DNA of 64,000 nt, taken from contig CBDBZY010000044.1 in NCBI GenBank assembly GCA_965213685.1, forward strand, positions 96,001-160,000, read 5' to 3'. Source of the DNA: a bacterium (lineage in GTDB: Bacteria > UBA8248). The notes under the pieces were generated by a model, which was given only the letters and a program-made list of their open reading frames with translations, was not told the DNA's origin and made no database searches. The translations under genes were made by a program, and so were the position numbers. Below, one piece after another: positions 58,104-64,000 of the stretch (its first letter is position 1; each line of letters opens with the position of its first letter).

Positions 58104-60131
58104 ATGATCGAATTGGCGTGGCTCATTCCGGTTTTCCCTGTGATCGGGGTGCTGGTCAACGGATTGTTCGGAAAACACGTGGGCGAGCGGGCGGGCCCCA
58201 TCGCGTCCCTCATGGCGGGCCTCTCGCTTCTGATCGTGGCGGGGATCGCCTTCGAGATGATTTTCGGCGCGGGCGGCAAGCACACCGTGCCGCTGTGGAC
58301 GTGGGTGGAGGCCGGCGACCTCCGCGTGTCGATGAGTTTCCTGATCGACCCGCTGAGCACCATCATGCTCCTGGTCGTGGCGGGCGTGGGCTTTCTGGTG
58401 CACGTCTATTCCGTGGGCTACATGCACGGGGACCCGGGCTATCCGCGCTTTTTTACCTATCTCAACCTGTTCATGCTCTCGATGTTCCTCCTGGTGCTGG
58501 GGGACAACTACCTCGTCATGTTCGTCGGCTGGGAGGGCGTCGGCCTTTGCAGCTATCTGCTCATCGGCTTCTGGTTCGACAAGCAATCCGCCTCCGACGC
58601 GGGCAAAAAGGCGTTCATCGTCAACCGAATCGGCGACGCCGGCTTCCTCCTGGGGATGTTCCTGATCTGGACGCTGACGGGCAGCCTCAACTACGCGGAG
58701 GTCTTCGAGGCGGCGCCCGGCCTGAGCGCGGGGGCGGCCACGATCATCGGCCTTCTCCTGTTCGTCGGCGCCACCGGCAAGAGCGCGCAGATTCCGCTGT
58801 ATGTCTGGCTGCCGGACGCGATGGAGGGCCCCACCCCCGTGAGCGCGCTCATCCACGCCGCCACCATGGTCACGGCGGGCGTCTACATGATCGCGCGCAC
58901 GAGCCCCATCTACGTCATGGGGCCGGAGGCGCTGGAGATCGTCGCGATCGTCGGCGCGATCACCGGTCTTTTCGCCGCGACCATCGGCCTGGTGCAGAAC
59001 GACATCAAGCGCGTGCTCGCCTACAGCACGGTGAGCCAGCTCGGCTTCATGTTCATGGCCCTGGGCGTGGGCGCTTTCACCGCCGCCATCTTCCACCTGA
59101 TGACCCACGCGTTCTTCAAGGGGTTGCTCTTTTTGGGGAGCGGCAGCGTCATCCATGCCCTGCACCACGCACCGGAGGAGCAGCAGCAGGACATGCGCTA
59201 CATGGGCGGGCTCAAGGAGAAGATGCCCGTGACGTACTGGACGTTTCTCCTCGGGGCGATCGCCATCGCGGGCGTGCCGCCGCTCGCGGGCTTCTGGAGC
59301 AAGGACGAGATTCTGGCGAACGCCTTTTTCACGGGGCACTACAAGGTCTGGGTCATGGGGAGCGTGGCGGCGTTCATGACGGCTTTCTACATGTTCCGCC
59401 TCGTATTCATGACGTTTCACGGCGAGATGCGGGTCGACCCCCGCGCGCGCCCCCACATTCACGAATCACCCGCCACGATGACGGTTCCGCTGGTTATTCT
59501 GGCCGTCCTGAGCGTGGTGGGCGGGGCGATTCCCGGCTTTCCGCCCGAGGGCGGCTGGATACACGGCTTCCTCGCCCCCTCGCTGGCGAAGATGCCGGCC
59601 GGCGGCGGCCACGCCATGCAGGAGGGGGTGCGCCTGATGAACGCCGCGGTGGAGGGCGGCGGGCACGGCGGGCCGGCGGCCACCGTGCTGATCGTCCTGG
59701 CCATCGCCCTCGCCCTCGGCGGCATCGCCCTGGCGTGGAGGATGTATGTGCAGGACACCGAGGCGCCGAATCGCCTCTACGAGTCCCTGCCGGGCCTCTA
59801 TCGTTTGCTCCTCGACAAATACTATGTGGACGAGCTCTACCAGAAGGGCGTCGTCGAGCCGGTCTACCGCCTCATGCGCGCCTTGTGGTCGTTCGACGCG
59901 AACGTGGTGGATGGCGCGGTGAACGGCAGTTCGGTCATGACGGTAGTGACGAGCCGCATCTCCGGAATGTTCGACCTCCGCACGGTGGATGGCGCGGTGA
60001 ACGGAACGGCGAGCTTCATCCGGTTTTTCTCCCAGGTGTTCAAATACCTGCAGTCCGGAATGGTCCAAAATTATCTGTTTGTGATGCTGTTGGGCATCTT
60101 CGTGATGCTGAGCGCATACCTTTTCCGCTAA
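58104..60131 (+). CDS. nuoL: NADH-quinone oxidoreductase subunit L (operon 2), extended lateral helix
   Basis: WLPDAMEGPTPVSAL; duplicated FDxxxVDGAVNG 26 aa apart. Confidence 0.95.
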   Translation: MIELAWLIPVFPVIGVLVNGLFGKHVGERAGPIASLMAGLSLLIVAGIAFEMIFGAGGKHTVPLWTWVEAGDLRVSMSFLIDPLSTIMLLVVAGVGFLVHVYSVGYMHGDPGYPRFFTYLNLFMLSMFLLVLGDNYLVMFVGWEGVGLCSYLLIGFWFDKQSASDAGKKAFIVNRIGDAGFLLGMFLIWTLTGSLNYAEVFEAAPGLSAGAATIIGLLLFVGATGKSAQIPLYVWLPDAMEGPTPVSALIHAATMVTAGVYMIARTSPIYVMGPEALEIVAIVGAITGLFAATIGLVQNDIKRVLAYSTVSQLGFMFMALGVGAFTAAIFHLMTHAFFKGLLFLGSGSVIHALHHAPEEQQQDMRYMGGLKEKMPVTYWTFLLGAIAIAGVPPLAGFWSKDEILANAFFTGHYKVWVMGSVAAFMTAFYMFRLVFMTFHGEMRVDPRARPHIHESPATMTVPLVILAVLSVVGGAIPGFPPEGGWIHGFLAPSLAKMPAGGGHAMQEGVRLMNAAVEGGGHGGPAATVLIVLAIALALGGIALAWRMYVQDTEAPNRLYESLPGLYRLLLDKYYVDELYQKGVVEPVYRLMRALWSFDANVVDGAVNGSSVMTVVTSRISGMFDLRTVDGAVNGTASFIRFFSQVFKYLQSGMVQNYLFVMLLGIFVMLSAYLFR

Positions 60132-60161
60132 TGCCTAATGCGATGAGGTTGTGGAGGAATT

Positions 60162-61712
60162 ATGAGTAACGTGCCGCTTCTTACGTTGATCACCTTCCTG
60201 CCCGCGGCGGGTGCGCTGATCATCATGTTCTTCATGAAAAAGGAGCAGACGAAAGCCATCAAGGGTTTCGCCACGGCGGTGGTGGTCTTGGATTTCCTGA
60301 TCTCGCTTCCTCTCTGGACGCGCTTCAATTCCGCCGAGGCCGGCTTTCAATTCGTGGAGAAGGTGAGCTGGATACCCACCATCGGCGTGAGCTATTTCGT
60401 CGGGATAGACGGCATCAGCGTGCTGCTCGTCCTGCTCACGACGCTGACCATGATCGTGGGGGTCGTGTGCTCGTTCACCGCCATCGAGGAGCGCGAGAAG
60501 GAGTATTACGTCTGCCTGCTGTTGCTGGCGACCGGCATGTTGGGCACGTTCGTCGCCCTCGATATTTTTCTCTTCTACGTGTTCTTCGAGATCACCCTGG
60601 TGCCGATGTATTTCCTGATCGGCGTATGGGGCGGGCCGAGGAAGCTCTACGCGGCGATCAAGTTCTTTCTCTACACGCTGTTCGGCAGCGTGCTGATGCT
60701 GCTGGGAATTCTGGCGCTCTACTTCGCCAACTTCAAGATGGGCACCGGCGGCCTCACGTTCGACCTGGTCGAGTTGTACGCCGTGGGGCCGAAGATACCC
60801 GTTTCGCTCCAGGTCTGGATATTCCTGGCGTTCTTCATCGGGTTCGCCATCAAGGTTCCCATGTTCCCCTTCCACACCTGGCTGCCGGACGCGCACGTGG
60901 AGGCGCCGACGGCGGGCAGCGTGATTCTGGCGGGCATCCTGCTGAAGATGGGAACCTACGGCTTCGTGCGCTTCGCGCTGCCGCTTCTGCCCCAGGCCAG
61001 CCAGATTTTCGTGCCCTTCATGATGCTCCTCTCCATCATCGGCATCATCTACGGCGCGTTGGTGGCCATGGCGCAAACGGACATCAAGAAGCTGGTGGCC
61101 TACTCTTCCGTAAGCCACCTCGGTTTCGTCATGCTCGGGGTGTTCGCGCTGAACGAGCAGGGGATCCTGGGCGGGCAGCTGCAGATGATCAACCACGGAA
61201 TCAGCACGGGGGCGTTGTTCCTTCTGGTGGGCGTCGTCTACGAGAGGCGCCATACGCGCCTGATCTCCGAGTACGGCGGGCTCTCGAAGGTCGTCCCGGT
61301 GTATACGGTGCTGTTCGCCATCACGATGCTGAGCAGCATCGGGCTTCCGGGGCTGAACGGGTTCGTGGGGGAGTTTCTCATCCTCATCGGCGCGTTCAAG
61401 AAAAGCTACGTCTACGCCGCGTTCGCGGTGGTCGGCATCGTCCTGGGGGCGGCGTATATGCTCTGGCTCTTCCAGCGGGTCTTCTTCGGGAATCTGAGCA
61501 ATCCCAAGAACGAGACGCTCACCGACTGCAACGCGCGGGAAGTGTTCTATCTCCTGCCGCTGGTCATCCTGATGTTCTGGATCGGCCTGTATCCCAAGCC
61601 GTTTCTCGGGCGCATGGAGGCGAGCGTGAAGAAGGTGGTCCGGATGGTGAATGTGGCCGAGGCGCCGCCCGCGCGCGCGGCCGGCAAAGTGACGATGCTG
61701 GAGAGAAGATAA
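60162..61712 (+). CDS. nuoM: NADH-quinone oxidoreductase subunit M (operon 2)
   Basis: FHTWLPDAHVEAPTAGS, LKMGTYG. Confidence 0.95.
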   Translation: MSNVPLLTLITFLPAAGALIIMFFMKKEQTKAIKGFATAVVVLDFLISLPLWTRFNSAEAGFQFVEKVSWIPTIGVSYFVGIDGISVLLVLLTTLTMIVGVVCSFTAIEEREKEYYVCLLLLATGMLGTFVALDIFLFYVFFEITLVPMYFLIGVWGGPRKLYAAIKFFLYTLFGSVLMLLGILALYFANFKMGTGGLTFDLVELYAVGPKIPVSLQVWIFLAFFIGFAIKVPMFPFHTWLPDAHVEAPTAGSVILAGILLKMGTYGFVRFALPLLPQASQIFVPFMMLLSIIGIIYGALVAMAQTDIKKLVAYSSVSHLGFVMLGVFALNEQGILGGQLQMINHGISTGALFLLVGVVYERRHTRLISEYGGLSKVVPVYTVLFAITMLSSIGLPGLNGFVGEFLILIGAFKKSYVYAAFAVVGIVLGAAYMLWLFQRVFFGNLSNPKNETLTDCNAREVFYLLPLVILMFWIGLYPKPFLGRMEASVKKVVRMVNVAEAPPARAAGKVTMLERR

Positions 61713-61753
61713 ACGCGAAGTCTCTGCCTGGCTGATTTGATGGAGCCTTTCTC

Positions 61754-63256
61754 ATGGAAGTGGTGATTCCCGATATCGCCCTGTCTCTGGCGGCCCCCGA
61801 GATAGGACTCGCCGTCCTCATCTGCCTGGTGCTGATCGTCGACCTGTTCGTGGCGGTCGAGAACAAGGCGCGCGTGGGCGTTCTGGCGTTCGTGGGAGTG
61901 ACGGCGCTGGCGCTGGTCGCCCTTTGGCAATGGGGCGAGGGCGCCAGGACGACGTTCAACGGCCTGTACGTGGCGGACAACTTCAGCGTGTTCGTCAAGG
62001 TGGGCGTGCTGACCTGCACGGCCATCTCCATTCTGCTGATGCTTCAATACGCCAAGACAGAGAAAATCAACCACGGCGAATTGTACGCGATGCTGCTCTT
62101 CTCGGTGTTCGGCATGCTCGTCATGGCGTCCGGCAACGATTTGCTCACGATCTACCTGGGCGTGGAGACGATGAGCATCAGCATCTACGTGCTCGTGGCG
62201 TTCATGCGGCACGACCCCCTGAGCCGAGAGGCGGGGCTCAAGTATTTTCTGATGGGGGCTTTCGCCTCGGGCGTTCTTCTGTACGGCGTCGCCCTGACAT
62301 ACGGGTTCGCCGGCACGACGTCGATTCGCGGAATTGCGGCGGCCCTCTCCGGTGCGGAGGGAGCGGCGATAGCCTCGAACCCGGTGATGATTTTCGGCCT
62401 GATTCTCCTGGTGGCGGGCTTCGGATTCAAGATGGCGCTGGCGCCGTTCCACATGTGGCTGCCGGACGCCTACACCGGCGCCCCGACGCCGATCACGGGC
62501 TTCATGTCCGTGGCCGTGAAGTTCGCGACCGTGGCCGCGCTGATGCGGATATTCTTTCTGGCGCTCCCGGCCATGGCCGAGAAGTGGAACGCCTTGCTGT
62601 GGGCGCTGACGGCGTTCACGATGGTCTGGGGGAACGTGGCGGCCATCGCCCAGACGAGCCTCAAGAGGATGCTGGCGTATTCGAGCATCGGCCACGCCGG
62701 CTACCTGCTGATGGGCGTGGTGGTCTCCATGCGCGTCGTGGACGGTGGGGCGACGTTCAGCCCGATGGGGATAAGCGCGGTGGCGTTCTATCTGCTCGCC
62801 TACCTGTTCACGAACCTGGGCGCCTTCGGCATGCTGATTCTGGTGTGCCGGGAGGGCTACCGGGGAGACAACATCGAGGACTGGAAGGGAATCGGGCAGG
62901 CCCACCCCTGGGCGGGAATGGCGTTTGTGATCTTCCTGCTCTCGCTCGGCGGAATTCCGCCGACGGCCGGCTTCGTCGGCAAGCTGTATCTGTTCGCCGC
63001 CGCCGTGCAGAACGAATACTACTGGCTGGCCGTGATCGGGCTTCTGATGAGCGCGGTGTCGATGTACTACTACGGCCGCATCATCATGGTGATGTTCATG
63101 GAGAGCCGGGGAGAGGGACAAGCGGTCGCACAACTCTCCAAAGCCCCCTCGCTGTTCTTCGCCCTCGTGCTTCTGGTGGCGGCGACGCTCCTTCTCGGCC
63201 TGTTCCCGGGCAGCTTTCTGGACGCAGCACAAGGGACGGTGGCCGGCTTCCTATAG
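61754..63256 (+). CDS. nuoN: NADH-quinone oxidoreductase subunit N (operon 2)
   Basis: EAGLKYF, PFHMWLPDAY, KRMLAYSSIGHAGY. Confidence 0.95.
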   Translation: MEVVIPDIALSLAAPEIGLAVLICLVLIVDLFVAVENKARVGVLAFVGVTALALVALWQWGEGARTTFNGLYVADNFSVFVKVGVLTCTAISILLMLQYAKTEKINHGELYAMLLFSVFGMLVMASGNDLLTIYLGVETMSISIYVLVAFMRHDPLSREAGLKYFLMGAFASGVLLYGVALTYGFAGTTSIRGIAAALSGAEGAAIASNPVMIFGLILLVAGFGFKMALAPFHMWLPDAYTGAPTPITGFMSVAVKFATVAALMRIFFLALPAMAEKWNALLWALTAFTMVWGNVAAIAQTSLKRMLAYSSIGHAGYLLMGVVVSMRVVDGGATFSPMGISAVAFYLLAYLFTNLGAFGMLILVCREGYRGDNIEDWKGIGQAHPWAGMAFVIFLLSLGGIPPTAGFVGKLYLFAAAVQNEYYWLAVIGLLMSAVSMYYYGRIIMVMFMESRGEGQAVAQLSKAPSLFFALVLLVAATLLLGLFPGSFLDAAQGTVAGFL

Positions 63257-63796
63257 AAACGGCGCGAAACTCCCTGAGCGGCTGGCCTCTCCTTGAACGG
63301 GCGATGGCCCGCGCGCCTGGAGATCGCCACGATAACCTCGCGCCCCTCCCGCCTGTGAGGGCACCCCGTAGCCGTCCCGGCTTGTGCATGGACCGCCCCG
63401 GGGTTTTTGTCCTCCTCTTTTTCTCTCTCCATCGTGCGGCGATGCGGCTGCCCCGCCGGGAGTGCGCCTCCGCCAGGCCGGGATGGAGGAGATTGACATT
63501 TTGGCAGGATCGCGCGCCTTTTTTTCTGAAAAATCGTAAAAGTCCCCCGCCGCACTTCATCATTCGGCGGCGCCGCATCTGGAACGTCCACCCTGCGCCA
63601 TCATATCCTTTTGATATGTATACGGTTATGAAATTTGTCGATTTCGGGGGGCCGGCAAGTCCTCGCTTGGCACGCTTCGTGCAATATATAAGGGCGGGAA
63701 GGGAAATCGGATGCCCTCAGCGGGCCCCTTGCGAGAGGAGCCCTTATCTCTCCGGTGAGCAGCGAAAGGATTCCCGGACGCTGATTCACTGCTATC

Positions 63797-64000
63797 TCAC
63801 CCCCAAATTTGCCCTGCACGGGCAGATTCCTTCCAACTGGGGCATGTCTCTTGCGAGATGTGCCCCAAGTCTTTATCTGTCAACCAGTTGCTCGACCAGC
63901 CCGATGGCCTCGCCCATAGGTGCGGAAGGGTGAAATGGCTGGGCGTCGAGGCGGATGCCGCCGCCAGGTGGACGGCCAGCATTCCAGCCGCCCGGGCGGC
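63797..64000 (-). CDS. Possible 3' end of a HAD-like hydrolase entering from the window edge
   Basis: Frame reads AARAAGMLAVHL, resembling the HAD C-terminal motif; true stop uncertain. Confidence 0.3.
   Translation of the reverse strand, partial: AARAAGMLAVHLAAASASTPSHFTLPHLWARPSGWSSNWLTDKDLGHISQETCPSWKESARAGQIWG

Noticed and set aside
63257-63796. Short ORFs and a GGCGATGG...TCGCC riboswitch-like stretch after nuoN2
   Set aside because: ORFs lack recognisable homology or codon bias; loop length and downstream motifs do not fit a fluoride riboswitch.

Overview
High-GC bacterial chromosomal window with no rRNA, tRNA, CRISPR array or intact integrase/transposase; the taxon cannot be fixed from sequence alone. 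The first 38 kb is mostly housekeeping and catabolic genes: SDR, crcB, bioF, a frameshifted quinone oxidoreductase, two CoA-transferase pairs, PduO, rluB, scpAB, an enolase-superfamily enzyme, four amidohydrolases, a KamA radical SAM enzyme, a Co-type nitrile hydratase/thiocyanate hydrolase-like pair and a PLP decarboxylase. At about 28-31 kb lies a small accessory hotspot: a 91-bp duplication of the NHase-alpha 3' end brackets a promoter-driven three-way-junction ncRNA candidate and a decayed DUF3800 gene, and an ATPase-TOPRIM defence-like gene follows. A five-gene minus-strand operon (amidohydrolase, NifU-like, two MFS) ends in a PrdB/GrdB-family selenoprotein (in-frame UGA, UxxC, SECIS-like hairpin) that the ORF track splits in two. 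From 38.8 to 63.3 kb are two back-to-back complex I operons: a complete nuoA-N, and a second nuoABCDHJKLMN lacking nuoE, F, G and I. The second NuoL carries a 26-codon duplication in its lateral helix, the signature of 2M complexes, although only one nuoM is present. All calls come from motif recognition by eye; no database searches were run.
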